20,000 nt of DNA from an uncultured virus (IMG/VR IMGVR_UViG_3300032050_000078) (IMGVR_UViG_3300032050_000078:57780-77779), one strand, 5' to 3'; numbered from the stretch's first letter, positions 1 through 9,585 are shown. Made by a program: numbers and translations. The notes: generated by a model not told the origin, from the sequence alone.

Positions 1-2997
1 AACACCTCTAACTAATATTAAAATTTCTTGTTGTTGATAATCATTAAACCAAAACCAAGGTGGTGTGTGAGAACTTGCCGTTGGATTTAAATAGCTTATT
101 TTATTTTGAAAGAAGTACTTCCACAACACTCCTGAATTAGTTACTGTTGATCCAACATAGGTACCTTGTGGTTGTAATGGACCTGTGGATACAAGTTCAT
201 CCCATGTATATCCGGCAACTACTTGGAAATACTCTATACCTGATTTATATAAATATTCCTTTTCACTTTCAGTACCAACAACAGTTATATCTGATGTTAT
301 ATTAACACCTAAGTCATTCATATAAGTTAAAGGTACTGTATATGTGCCAACCCCTAATGTAGTCCCTGTTATTGCATTTCCCCCAAATTGATTTTCGGTA
401 CCACCTGTAACATTAAAGTCATTAGTATTCACCGGATTAGTAAAAGAAATTACTTTACCCACTAACTGACTAATTGTGCCCTGATCCGCTAACATTATCA
501 TTGATAAATCTTGATATGAATTACCACCAACACCTAAAGTTGTTGTACCAACCAATGTTGGGTTTGGTGTTACTGTGATTCTGTTTCTAGCGGTAATATC
601 AAAGTATCTCGATCTAAGATTAGCCATGTTCATTGATTGAGCCAATGTCATACCATCACCAAATCTTTTAAACAATTGTCCCGAATTAGCACTAGCACCA
701 TCAGGACCTAATTCCTCCCATATTGGTACTTTATAATAAACTCTAGCGGGATTAACTGCCCCAGCAAATAATTGTTGAGAACCTTGATCCCAAGCCGTTT
801 GGTCCGGAGTTGAGGAAAAGGTTAATCCGCAAGGATTGTTTGTGGGATTCAATGTCCAAGTACTATAACTACCTAAAGTACCTAAATCACTTAATATTGA
901 TATATTAATACCTAACGCCGCGGCATTCCAAGAACCCGCAACAGAACTTGATGTTACCAAACTCTCATCAGGACAAGAACAAGCCTCACAATCAGGATAT
1001 GTCATCATTGGTAATGATAACCTTTTGAATGGGTTATCTTCACTCATTGGTTCTAATGTTTCTTTTTTACATTCAACATTACCTCCTAAATTTTTAACAA
1101 TTTTACATATGTTATAAACAATACCATTAACTAATTTTATAACAAAGTTAGCTATTGCAACTATTATTGGATATATTAATGCCAATACGTGATTTACAAC
1201 TATTATAATAACAATCATTGGTGATACTATTGCAAGTAACAAAGTGAATAAGAAGAATATGAAGTCAAAATTCCTAACTAAATCATTAACAGGTAATTTG
1301 TTATTTTCACTCTGACAAGTTCTATTTGTAATTTCTTTAATCCCAAGATGTCTGGCTCTATTGCTACCATTTTTATACCTATCAATAAATGAACTTACGG
1401 TATAAACTTTATTGTAATGAAATTTATAAAAACTATCCTCACAATCAATTGCCGCTTGAGTATCATAATAATCATCCCAATCTAAACTGAATGCGTAAGA
1501 TCTTAATAGGTTAAATAGTGGTTCGTCATATATTGTGAACACAATATCAATAGGTTGTGTATTATCTATTGGTATTGCATTAAATGTAATTATATTGTTG
1601 ACATTGGGTAATGGTACACTATCCAAACTACCATAATATGGAACTCCGTTTACTTCAATTGTTAATTGTTGTGTATTTACCACACTATTAAGAAAGAACC
1701 CCCCTCTAGGTATTGGTCCAACAGACAATGATGTTGATCCAACAGGTATTGACGCTTGATATTCACTTGTATATGTATCAGAATTTTTAAATGGATCATT
1801 ATTCTCATCAGTACTATTCCATCCGTGTTCTTTAATATTAGGTACCAAATAGTTACCTCTCATAAAGTTATTTTGCAAACCCTCTTCGTTTTGCCACTTA
1901 ATTTTAAATCTGTACTTTGAAGTGGTTGGTATTCCCACTTTTGGATCGTTAGATAATACCTGTTCACCAAATTCATTTGTTGTTACATAATCCAAATTCA
2001 TTGGTAAATTAACCAACCAAGTACCCTCACCATCAATTATCTTACCATCCTGTTCTAATCTATATTGTTCAAGAACAGGATATCCATTATCATCAGTATT
2101 AATTGTTTGTCTAATTGCCAATATTTGTCCAGGACCCGCAATTAGTTCACACATATTTCCTGTGTTAATCTTTGGTTTACAACTTTTCTTAACCGCATCC
2201 TCATTTGTTGTTGAGAACATTGAACCCATAAACACAGAAGTCGGTTGTATGTTTACATTAGCAGATGCCGTTAAATCAAAATCAACTCTTGTGATACCCA
2301 ATAAACAAATTTCAGGTTCACCCCATAATGGTTGTACTTGAACTATTTTATTTAATGTTTTAACTTGTGGTAATTCTCGTAAGTTGGTTGAAGTTTTGAA
2401 CTTGTTCCCATCAACTTGAGTTTCTGTTGCTAATCCTGAGTTAATTAAATCTTGTGGTGATAATGAGAAACACCCAATATCGGATAAATCAACATCCATA
2501 AATATTGTTTGTTCTCCAGTTGGTACCCCAAATATCATATAGTCACCACTTTCATTTGTTTTTACAGTAAACTTATAATATTTGTCGTATACCTCAACTA
2601 ATGCTGCATCGGTTAAAACATCCTCTCTACTTGGAAATGTACCTGTTGCTGAATGTCCTTGATATGAAGGTTCATAAGGTAATAAATTATATCTATAACC
2701 ATCGTCATTTAAATCATCAATGTTTTTATATGGATATAATTGAGAAATAATTGGGTTTTGTTCATCTTCGTCAGTTATTGGGATGAACACCGATACTTTA
2801 GCGTTTGGTACCCCAAAACCTCCGTTAACTAATACTCTACCTACAACAACACCGTAATCAGAACACATACGAGTGTATATATCATTTTGAAATATCTTCA
2901 AAGATAAAATCTCCAAGTATTCAAAATCCTGATCTAATTGTATTTTTATGGATTTATCTACACCTGGCTCGGTTCTAATTCTATATGATTTTGGCAT
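1..2997 (-). CDS. Large putative virion/baseplate-associated protein (>999 aa, 3' end outside the window); N-terminal carboxypeptidase-regulatory/prealbumin-like beta-sandwich, internal hydrophobic segment, Cys-rich patch
   Basis: Not in the ORF track because it has no stop in the window. Hand translation from ATG at 2997 gives MPKSYRIRTEPGVDKSIKIQLDQDFEYLEILSLK...GVVVGRVLVNGGFGVPNAKVSVF...TNESGDYMIFGVPTGEQTI... and ends ...WFNDYQQQEILILVRGV at position 1, with no in-frame stop found. It lies directly downstream of the baseplate wedge gene. Confidence 0.85.
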   Translation of the reverse strand, partial: MPKSYRIRTEPGVDKSIKIQLDQDFEYLEILSLKIFQNDIYTRMCSDYGVVVGRVLVNGGFGVPNAKVSVFIPITDEDEQNPIISQLYPYKNIDDLNDDGYRYNLLPYEPSYQGHSATGTFPSREDVLTDAALVEVYDKYYKFTVKTNESGDYMIFGVPTGEQTIFMDVDLSDIGCFSLSPQDLINSGLATETQVDGNKFKTSTNLRELPQVKTLNKIVQVQPLWGEPEICLLGITRVDFDLTASANVNIQPTSVFMGSMFSTTNEDAVKKSCKPKINTGNMCELIAGPGQILAIRQTINTDDNGYPVLEQYRLEQDGKIIDGEGTWLVNLPMNLDYVTTNEFGEQVLSNDPKVGIPTTSKYRFKIKWQNEEGLQNNFMRGNYLVPNIKEHGWNSTDENNDPFKNSDTYTSEYQASIPVGSTSLSVGPIPRGGFFLNSVVNTQQLTIEVNGVPYYGSLDSVPLPNVNNIITFNAIPIDNTQPIDIVFTIYDEPLFNLLRSYAFSLDWDDYYDTQAAIDCEDSFYKFHYNKVYTVSSFIDRYKNGSNRARHLGIKEITNRTCQSENNKLPVNDLVRNFDFIFFLFTLLLAIVSPMIVIIIVVNHVLALIYPIIVAIANFVIKLVNGIVYNICKIVKNLGGNVECKKETLEPMSEDNPFKRLSLPMMTYPDCEACSCPDESLVTSSSVAGSWNAAALGINISILSDLGTLGSYSTWTLNPTNNPCGLTFSSTPDQTAWDQGSQQLFAGAVNPARVYYKVPIWEELGPDGASANSGQLFKRFGDGMTLAQSMNMANLRSRYFDITARNRITVTPNPTLVGTTTLGVGGNSYQDLSMIMLADQGTISQLVGKVISFTNPVNTNDFNVTGGTENQFGGNAITGTTLGVGTYTVPLTYMNDLGVNITSDITVVGTESEKEYLYKSGIEYFQVVAGYTWDELVSTGPLQPQGTYVGSTVTNSGVLWKYFFQNKISYLNPTASSHTPPWFWFNDYQQQEILILVRGV

Positions 2998-3012
2998 TAA
3001 ATTCTTTTTTTG

Positions 3013-3019
3013 ATAAATA
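3013..3019 (-). promoter_or_regulatory. TATTTAT motif (candidate phage promoter) upstream of the large left-end gene
   Basis: 15 nt upstream of ATG 2997; the motif recurs in other intergenic gaps. Confidence 0.5.
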
Positions 3020-3069
3020 GTTTATTTCCTATTTTCAAAAAATAATTCTTTTATTCTAAAAATAAATCA

Positions 3070-4908
3070 TCAAGAGAAATTCACCGTTTTTAAATTAAGA
3101 ACTCTAACATTAATATCTTTATTTGGATATCTAATTTGGTAAATTTGAGTTGGTTCTGCAAATATAGTGTCAGTAATTAATCCAATCTCTTTAGTTGCCG
3201 AATCAGAGTAAGGTTGTGATGTTTGTGATGATGAATATTGTCCTCCAACATTATTAATAAAACTTATATCGGAAATACTAATAACCCCATTTTCATTTTG
3301 AATTAATCGTCTTATTTCGGATACATAAACATTCTCACCCATCTGTCTTTGTAATGGACTAAAATAGTTTGATATAATATCAATTATTTTAGTAACTACC
3401 GCACCTTGATTTTGACTCGCATCTAATACTACATCAACATTAACACTTAAGTCAATAACATTTGCAGTTTCAATTGAGATATAGTCATTTATCATTCTAT
3501 AATTAGAAAGGTAATTGGCGACATTATTTTTTAATGTATTTGATATTACTTCAGTTAATTTACCTTCAGCGTCGTAAGATAACATTTTAATTTTAATTTT
3601 GTTGTTTTCTTCCGTAATTGCAACTTTACCAGGTGCCCCAAATTGTGACGGCATATTTCTTAAAATGGATTCATAATCATTTATAGTTACCGCTCTATTT
3701 TGTGCGGCAAAATTATATGTCACATATTGTCTAACTTCTTCTGTTGATGGAGCATTTGCCCCTCCAATTGCCGCAGTAACATTATTACATGATAATGAAT
3801 TAATAACAGTAGTATTTACGGATTGTGACGGTCCATTCACATAAAATGAAACGGTACCTATTTGATTTATAATATTAACACCTAAATTCGTTCCTTGTCC
3901 ACCACCGACTCTATATTGTATGAATAGTGTTGAGTTAGATTTTAAAGCCGCACCCAAAGCTAAATTATTAATATATTTACTTAAATCTAATTGATATCCA
4001 TTTCTTGCAAAATCTCTTAATTGTTCGTCTGCAGAAACATTACCACCACCAAAAGTTAATTTCATAAACCCTTCAGGTGTATATTCAGTAATTAATTTAT
4101 TATCTGTGGTTATGTATTTACCGACTTTAACTCCTGGTTGATCAGATACCTTTGTAGGGTCTTCAATAAACACTCTATTCTCAACTAAAGCAGGTACTTC
4201 ATACCATCTATTTTCTAAACCTAAAAACTCCTGTGGACTTGGTACCGTAGAATATTGTGTACCATCTTTTAATAATACACTTGTGATTCCCAATACATTT
4301 TTTTCAGGTAAGAAAAGTTCAAAGAATGGTTTAACATCATTTGGAGTTACAACTCTTCTAAATACTTTTGTTACTCCATTAACTACCACTTCTCTTTTTA
4401 CAATTGTATAGTTAACTAATTTACCACTACCATCAAAATTAGGTATTTTTAATCTATTTGGTGATCCTTCAGCATTAATTGCCGATGCAAAATCAATATC
4501 ATATACAGTTTCAAAAGGTTGTCCAGCACCATTAACTTGTGAACCTCTTCTCAAAATACCACAATATCTTAAATCTTCTCTATCCCCAAACGCAGGAACT
4601 GTAATTGAGAAGTCAACCAATGCAACTGAAGGTCTCAACCCAGGTATTTTTAAACCATAAGTTCTTGCAATATTATAGATTGATGATTTTTGTTGTGCGT
4701 ATTGTAATACGGTTTCTTGGATACTTCTATCAATATTAAAATGTAGGTTGTCGGTTACTGCGGCATTTAAGTCTAACATTACCGAAAATATTCCAGCATC
4801 ATTAAAATTCTGAACTAAATCAGGATAATAAGTTCTTGTAAAATTTATTAACTCAGTTCTTATCCCCTGAAAATCTCTCGTTGTGTACGATATTTTTTTA
4901 TTTGCCAT
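3070..4908 (-). CDS. Baseplate wedge subunit (T4 gp6 / baseplate J-like), 612 aa
   Basis: N-terminal YTTRDFQGIRTELINF...NFNDAGIFSVMLDLNA...SIYNIARTYG and C-terminal AAIGGANAPSTEEVR...QNRAVTINDYE, typical of gp6/J-like wedge proteins; adjacent to a gp25-like gene. Confidence 0.85.
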   Translation of the reverse strand: MANKKISYTTRDFQGIRTELINFTRTYYPDLVQNFNDAGIFSVMLDLNAAVTDNLHFNIDRSIQETVLQYAQQKSSIYNIARTYGLKIPGLRPSVALVDFSITVPAFGDREDLRYCGILRRGSQVNGAGQPFETVYDIDFASAINAEGSPNRLKIPNFDGSGKLVNYTIVKREVVVNGVTKVFRRVVTPNDVKPFFELFLPEKNVLGITSVLLKDGTQYSTVPSPQEFLGLENRWYEVPALVENRVFIEDPTKVSDQPGVKVGKYITTDNKLITEYTPEGFMKLTFGGGNVSADEQLRDFARNGYQLDLSKYINNLALGAALKSNSTLFIQYRVGGGQGTNLGVNIINQIGTVSFYVNGPSQSVNTTVINSLSCNNVTAAIGGANAPSTEEVRQYVTYNFAAQNRAVTINDYESILRNMPSQFGAPGKVAITEENNKIKIKMLSYDAEGKLTEVISNTLKNNVANYLSNYRMINDYISIETANVIDLSVNVDVVLDASQNQGAVVTKIIDIISNYFSPLQRQMGENVYVSEIRRLIQNENGVISISDISFINNVGGQYSSSQTSQPYSDSATKEIGLITDTIFAEPTQIYQIRYPNKDINVRVLNLKTVNFS

Positions 4909-4914
4909 ATACTA

Positions 4915-5373
4915 TTAAATATTAATAATAACAAAATCACTTGATTCAAAAGCGGTATTAGTCGTTTTATAATCAATTCTAATTTTTGCCGTGTGTTCTA
5001 ATTGTGATATATTTGAGACAGTATATTCTCTTTTATCCTCACCATTTATGTATGTTCCTTTATTTTCTTCTTCCATTGAGGCATCTGTTATTTTAACATT
5101 AGTAACAGTTAAACCTGGCATATAAGTTGATACCGAATCTCTAATCTCTGATTCTATTTCCGAAAATGTAGGTCCATCCAATGGTTCAAAAATATATTCA
5201 TATAGTCTAGTACCAAAATCAGGTAAAAAATACCTAGTACCTTTTCTTGTTAAAAGTAAATGAATAAGATTACTCCTCACTTCTTCATCTGTTGTATCAG
5301 AACAATCTAAATACTTTCCCACATACGAATTTTGAAAGGGGAAATTTATTCCATATGTTACTCCATTTGCCAT
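4915..5373 (-). CDS. gp25/GPW-like baseplate (sheath-initiator) protein, 152 aa
   Basis: GINFPF...VRSNLIHLLLTRKGTRYFLPDFGTRLYEYIFEP matches the GPW/gp25 family signature (LLxTxxGER.f.PxFG). Confidence 0.9.
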   Translation of the reverse strand: MANGVTYGINFPFQNSYVGKYLDCSDTTDEEVRSNLIHLLLTRKGTRYFLPDFGTRLYEYIFEPLDGPTFSEIESEIRDSVSTYMPGLTVTNVKITDASMEEENKGTYINGEDKREYTVSNISQLEHTAKIRIDYKTTNTAFESSDFVIINI

Positions 5374-5378
5374 ATCTA

Positions 5379-5411
5379 ATAAATATAATGTTGGGAAGTT
5401 TTATATAAATA
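5379..5411 (-). promoter_or_regulatory. Two TATTTAT motifs upstream of the gp25-like gene
   Basis: At 5379-5385 (5 nt from ATG) and 5405-5411 (31 nt from ATG). Confidence 0.5.
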
Positions 5412-5436
5412 AAAAATCCCAACATAAGTCGGGATT
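5411..5436 (-). terminator. Intrinsic terminator after nrdA
   Basis: Minus strand AATCCCGAC-TTAT-GTTGGGATT-TTTT: 9-bp stem with one G.U pair, tetraloop and U-tract, 5 nt after the nrdA stop. Confidence 0.8.
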
Positions 5437-5441
5437 ATATT

Positions 5442-7871
5442 TTAGGATGAACATCCAAAACAATCAAATTCACTATTTTCAGGTTTTGGTGGTAGATTCA
5501 TGTTTGAATAGTCCACTTTGGGAACAAATGGTGTTGCTTTTGGTTTTTCTACTTTTGACATATCAACCGCCAAGTGTTTTGCCCCTGTGGAAATTGCCTT
5601 GGTTCTAACATAATAACAAAGAGTTTTCAAACCTTTTTCCCACGAGTGGAAATGTGATGATGTAATCTTTGACAATGTTGGGTTCGCCATATAGATATTC
5701 ATTGATTGTGATTGATCAATAAATGGTGCTCTGTCTGCCGCCATATCAATCAATTCTCTTTGTGAAATCTCCCAAATTGTTTTATACTTTGGAATCAAAT
5801 GCTCAATTCGTTTAACTTTCTTATTGTAGTGTTTATCTTCAGTATCTAAATAATTGTTAAAGTTAATGTTTTGAATCGATCCCTCATTGATAATAATTTC
5901 ATTCTTCAAATCCTCAGACCAAATACCCATTTTTTCAAAGTCATTAATGAGGTATTTATTCACAATCATAATTTCACCACCTACCACTCTTCTGTTAAAC
6001 AATGCTGAATGTGCGGGTTCTGTCATTTCAAATGAACCTGTAATTTTCGCTGAAGATGCTACAGGCATTTGTGCCGTGAATAATGAATTACATACCCCAA
6101 ATTCTTTTACATCTTCTTTAAGTTGGTTCCAATCCCAGTATCCTGATAAATCACTTTCATTCAATCCCCACATATCAAATTGGAATATACCTTGTGACAT
6201 TGGCGATCCTTCAAAGAATTTATATGGTAGATACTCCCCATTTTTACAAAGTTTATTACTTTCATAGATAGCACCGTAATAAATGGTTTCAAAAATTTGT
6301 TTATTTAAGATTCTTGCTTCTTCTTCGGTGAATATTAAATCAAGTAGATAAAATACATCTGCCAATCCTTGAGTTCCAATTGCAATTGCTCGTTGTTCTA
6401 ACCCACCTTTTAACCCTTTGTCTGTTGAGTAACTATTAATGTTAACGACTTTATTTAACGCTCTAACCACTTTTCTAACTTCAGTAAAAAGTAATTGGAA
6501 ATCAAACTTATTACCTTGAATGAAGTTCTTCAATACCATTGAGGACAATGTACAAATTGCAGTAGTCTCTTCGTCAGTATATTGGTATATTTCATTACAC
6601 AAGTTTGACTGTTTAATCACACCGATATTTTGGTGGTTAGTCTTTCTATTAGCACTATCTTTAGAACATAAATAAGGAACACCAGTCTCAACTTGTGATT
6701 CAATAATTTTAGTCCAAACATCTTGAGCTTTAACTTTTTTACCTAAACCAAGTGCCACCGCTTCACGATAAACACTTTCATATTCATCACCATAACATTC
6801 TTGTAATGGTTTAAGTCCAGATTTATTAATGTCGTTAGGACAGAACAAATACCAATCACCATTATTTTTAACGGCTCTCATAAAGTTATCAGGAATCCAA
6901 AGTGCGGTAAACAAATCTCTCGCTCTTAATTCTTCAGCACCTGTATTCTTTTTGATGTCAAGAAGATCCATAATATCTTTATGCCAAGGTTCTAAATAAA
7001 TTGCTGCCGACCCAGGTCTTCTACCTTGTTGATTAAAGAATCGTAAAGATTCGTTAACAATTTTAAGGTATTTCAATAAACCACCAGCATAACCACCTGA
7101 ACTATTAATACGACTTTCTTTACTTCTTTGATTTGACATACACAATCCAATACCCGCAGCATCCGCAGAATAAGTTGAGATATCATTCAATGTTTCCAAC
7201 AATCCCATTCTTGAGTCAGAGTTGTTGTAATGTAACACACAAGACGCCAATTGAGGAATTTTTGTTCCTGAATTAATCATAATTGGTGTTGCGGGTGATA
7301 TACGTTGTTCAGACAACGACTTATAATAATCAAAAGCCTCTTCCATTGTATTGGTTACCCACAACGCAACTCTCATATACATATGTTGTGGTCGTTCAAT
7401 TACCTTACCTGTTGGTCGTTTCAACAAATACATTTCTTGTAATGATCTCCAAGCAAAATAATCAAAGTTATAGTCGTTATCGTGATTGATTACCGCATCA
7501 ATAATCTCAGCACCATATTCATTAATTGTGTTAATTAATTTTTCATTAACCACTCCATCATCATACAACAATTCCATAGTTTGTGAAAAACTATCATTAG
7601 TTTCTTTATGATATGAAGATATTGCAACTGAAGATGCTAACCTTGAATAGTCGTGGTGACTACCAGTATAAGCCGCAGCAATCTCATATACAAGTTTATC
7701 TAATTCTTTTGTTGTTATTTCTCCTTCAGTTGGTACCGAGGTAATAACCTTAATGAATATTTCGTCCGAATTAACATTCAAACCTTTTGATGCTCGTTTT
7801 ACACGATTGTAAATTTTTTGTGGGTTAAATGCAACCGAATCCCCACCTCTTTTAATAATTTTTAATGACAT
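5442..7871 (-). CDS. nrdA: Class Ia ribonucleotide reductase large subunit with N-terminal ATP-cone (eukaryote RRM1-like type), 809 aa
   Basis: ATP-cone (IIKRGG...KI...TTKELD), SPATP, PQLASC, catalytic SNLCNEI, AICTLSS, radical-transfer YY (LCYYVRT), C-terminal CFGC re-reduction pair. Confidence 0.97.
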   Translation of the reverse strand: MSLKIIKRGGDSVAFNPQKIYNRVKRASKGLNVNSDEIFIKVITSVPTEGEITTKELDKLVYEIAAAYTGSHHDYSRLASSVAISSYHKETNDSFSQTMELLYDDGVVNEKLINTINEYGAEIIDAVINHDNDYNFDYFAWRSLQEMYLLKRPTGKVIERPQHMYMRVALWVTNTMEEAFDYYKSLSEQRISPATPIMINSGTKIPQLASCVLHYNNSDSRMGLLETLNDISTYSADAAGIGLCMSNQRSKESRINSSGGYAGGLLKYLKIVNESLRFFNQQGRRPGSAAIYLEPWHKDIMDLLDIKKNTGAEELRARDLFTALWIPDNFMRAVKNNGDWYLFCPNDINKSGLKPLQECYGDEYESVYREAVALGLGKKVKAQDVWTKIIESQVETGVPYLCSKDSANRKTNHQNIGVIKQSNLCNEIYQYTDEETTAICTLSSMVLKNFIQGNKFDFQLLFTEVRKVVRALNKVVNINSYSTDKGLKGGLEQRAIAIGTQGLADVFYLLDLIFTEEEARILNKQIFETIYYGAIYESNKLCKNGEYLPYKFFEGSPMSQGIFQFDMWGLNESDLSGYWDWNQLKEDVKEFGVCNSLFTAQMPVASSAKITGSFEMTEPAHSALFNRRVVGGEIMIVNKYLINDFEKMGIWSEDLKNEIIINEGSIQNINFNNYLDTEDKHYNKKVKRIEHLIPKYKTIWEISQRELIDMAADRAPFIDQSQSMNIYMANPTLSKITSSHFHSWEKGLKTLCYYVRTKAISTGAKHLAVDMSKVEKPKATPFVPKVDYSNMNLPPKPENSEFDCFGCSS

Positions 7872-7885
7872 AATTTTTTATTTTT

Positions 7886-8836
7886 TTAGAAATCGTCTGT
7901 AAATGAAATTGTTTCGTTCAATTTTGCTTTTTGGTATTCCATTGTTCTTGATTCAAAGAAGTTACCTTTTGTTTCAACCGCAATTTGTTCCATAAACTTG
8001 AATGGTTGTTCAACATTAAATTGTTTCTTACATCCAAACTTAACCAATAATCCATCAACAACAAACTCAAGGTATTGTTTCATCAAGTTAGAGTTCATAC
8101 CGATAAGTGATACTGGTAGTGATTCTGTGATGAATTCTTTTTCAATTTCAAGTGCCGATAATAAAATCTCTTTAATTCGTTTTTCAGACGGTTTGTTTTC
8201 GCAATGGTTATTCAACAAGTGAATTGCAAAATCACAATGTAAGTTTTCATCTTTAAAGATTAATGAATTCGCATTACATAATCCTTGCATGATACCTCTT
8301 GATTTCAACCAAAAGATTGAGCAGAATGAACCTGAGAAGAAAATTCCTTCAACCGCTGCGAATGCTACCAATCGTTCTTGGAATGACGCATTTTCAATCC
8401 AATCCAACGCCCATTTTGCTTTCTTCTGAACTGCAGGTAATCTGTCAATTGCATTGAAACATTCGTCTTTTTCTTTAGCGTTACTGATATAGGTATCAAT
8501 CAACAATGAGTACATTAGTGAGTGAATATTTTCCATTGCCAACTGGAATCCGTAGAAGAATTTTGCTTCAGGATATTGTACTTCTCGGTAGAAATTTTCC
8601 GCCAAGTTTTCGTTAACAATACCATCAGATGCTGCAAAGAATGATAATACATTTTTAACAAAATATTTTTCATTATCAGTTAATTTTTCCCAATCACGAA
8701 TATCATTGGTTAAATCAACTTCTTCAGCAGTCCAAAATGCCGCTTGATGTTGTTTGTAATATTCCCAAATATCGTTGTGCTCAATAGGGAATATAACAAA
8801 TCTTGAGGGGTTAGTTTTTAAAATTTTCTCTTCCAT
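7886..8836 (-). CDS. nrdB: Class Ia ribonucleotide reductase small subunit, 316 aa
   Basis: [30 protein letters not shown] (metal ligands plus radical Tyr), [25 protein letters not shown]. Confidence 0.97.
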   Translation of the reverse strand: MEEKILKTNPSRFVIFPIEHNDIWEYYKQHQAAFWTAEEVDLTNDIRDWEKLTDNEKYFVKNVLSFFAASDGIVNENLAENFYREVQYPEAKFFYGFQLAMENIHSLMYSLLIDTYISNAKEKDECFNAIDRLPAVQKKAKWALDWIENASFQERLVAFAAVEGIFFSGSFCSIFWLKSRGIMQGLCNANSLIFKDENLHCDFAIHLLNNHCENKPSEKRIKEILLSALEIEKEFITESLPVSLIGMNSNLMKQYLEFVVDGLLVKFGCKKQFNVEQPFKFMEQIAVETKGNFFESRTMEYQKAKLNETISFTDDF

Positions 8837-8842
8837 TTTTTT

Positions 8843-9574
8843 TTAATTTACATATTTCCATAAAAATCCACCACATTTATTTCTTTTACCTTGGCAGACC
8901 ATAACAATGTTACCTTTATTTTTTATATTATTTTCTTTTGCTGCTATTTCTAAAGACATATATGTTTCAATAATATTACCAGTTTCTAAACATATTTTAT
9001 TAACCGATTTAATATTTTTAGCCGGTTTACCCTTATTAGGACTTAAAACGCTTAATTTTAATTTATGTTCTTCAGAAAGTTTTCTTCCTTTTAACGACTC
9101 ACTTATATTTTTTTTAGTTTTATCACTTCTTTTTTTCCCAACTAAAGATTTGCCGATATTATCTTTATGTTCTTTACTTAATTTTTTATTTTTCCAATAA
9201 CTATGTTTGCCAATATTATTTAATGAAATTTTTTTTCTTGTCTCTTCATTAGGTATGTAATTAAGATTTGATTCCCCACCATCGGTTAAATTTAATAAAT
9301 TATTAGTTTTTTTATATTTTTTTATCCAAAAAATCTCTTTATTGGCCCATTCTTTATTATTTGTTTCCTCAATTATTATTATTTCAGGTTTTTTATTCTT
9401 TTTCAATAATTTATTTATCCACAAATATAACGGTCTTTTAACTTTTTTTTCACCTAAATAAATGTGTTCTTTTAATCTTTTATTAACATTTTTTTTAGTT
9501 TTACCGACATATCTTATTATTTCAGGTTCATCAGGGTTATATATCCCATATATAAATATTTTTTCCATATCCAT
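8843..9574 (-). CDS. Free-standing GIY-YIG homing endonuclease with NUMOD3 repeats and a C-terminal NUMOD1/IENR1-like HTH, 243 aa
   Basis: FIYGIY...RYVGKT, conserved Arg (KRLKEH), Glu (KEIFWI), Asn (LNLTDGGE); four NUMOD3-like repeats; C-terminal SLEIAAKE...NIVMVCQGKRNKCGGFLWKY. Visibly more AT- and Lys-rich than its neighbours. Confidence 0.9.
   Translation of the reverse strand: MDMEKIFIYGIYNPDEPEIIRYVGKTKKNVNKRLKEHIYLGEKKVKRPLYLWINKLLKKNKKPEIIIIEETNNKEWANKEIFWIKKYKKTNNLLNLTDGGESNLNYIPNEETRKKISLNNIGKHSYWKNKKLSKEHKDNIGKSLVGKKRSDKTKKNISESLKGRKLSEEHKLKLSVLSPNKGKPAKNIKSVNKICLETGNIIETYMSLEIAAKENNIKNKGNIVMVCQGKRNKCGGFLWKYVN
9026..9253 (-). repeat. Four NUMOD3-like DNA-binding peptide repeats
   Basis: PNEETRKKISLNNIG / LSKEHKDNIGKSLVGKK / RSDKTKKNISESLKGRK / LSEEHKLKLSVLSPNKGK. 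Confidence 0.8.
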
Positions 9575-9585
9575 AGATTTTATAA

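Noticed and set aside
345..552. Repeated peptide GTT(T)LGVG in the left-end protein
   Set aside because: Only two short copies with divergent DNA; not enough to call a repeat domain.
1..5373. Bacterial eCIS/T6SS/tailocin locus
   Set aside because: The baseplate genes are interleaved with phage-type SSB, UvsX, gp41-like helicase, RNR and a homing endonuclease, which fits a replicating phage better.
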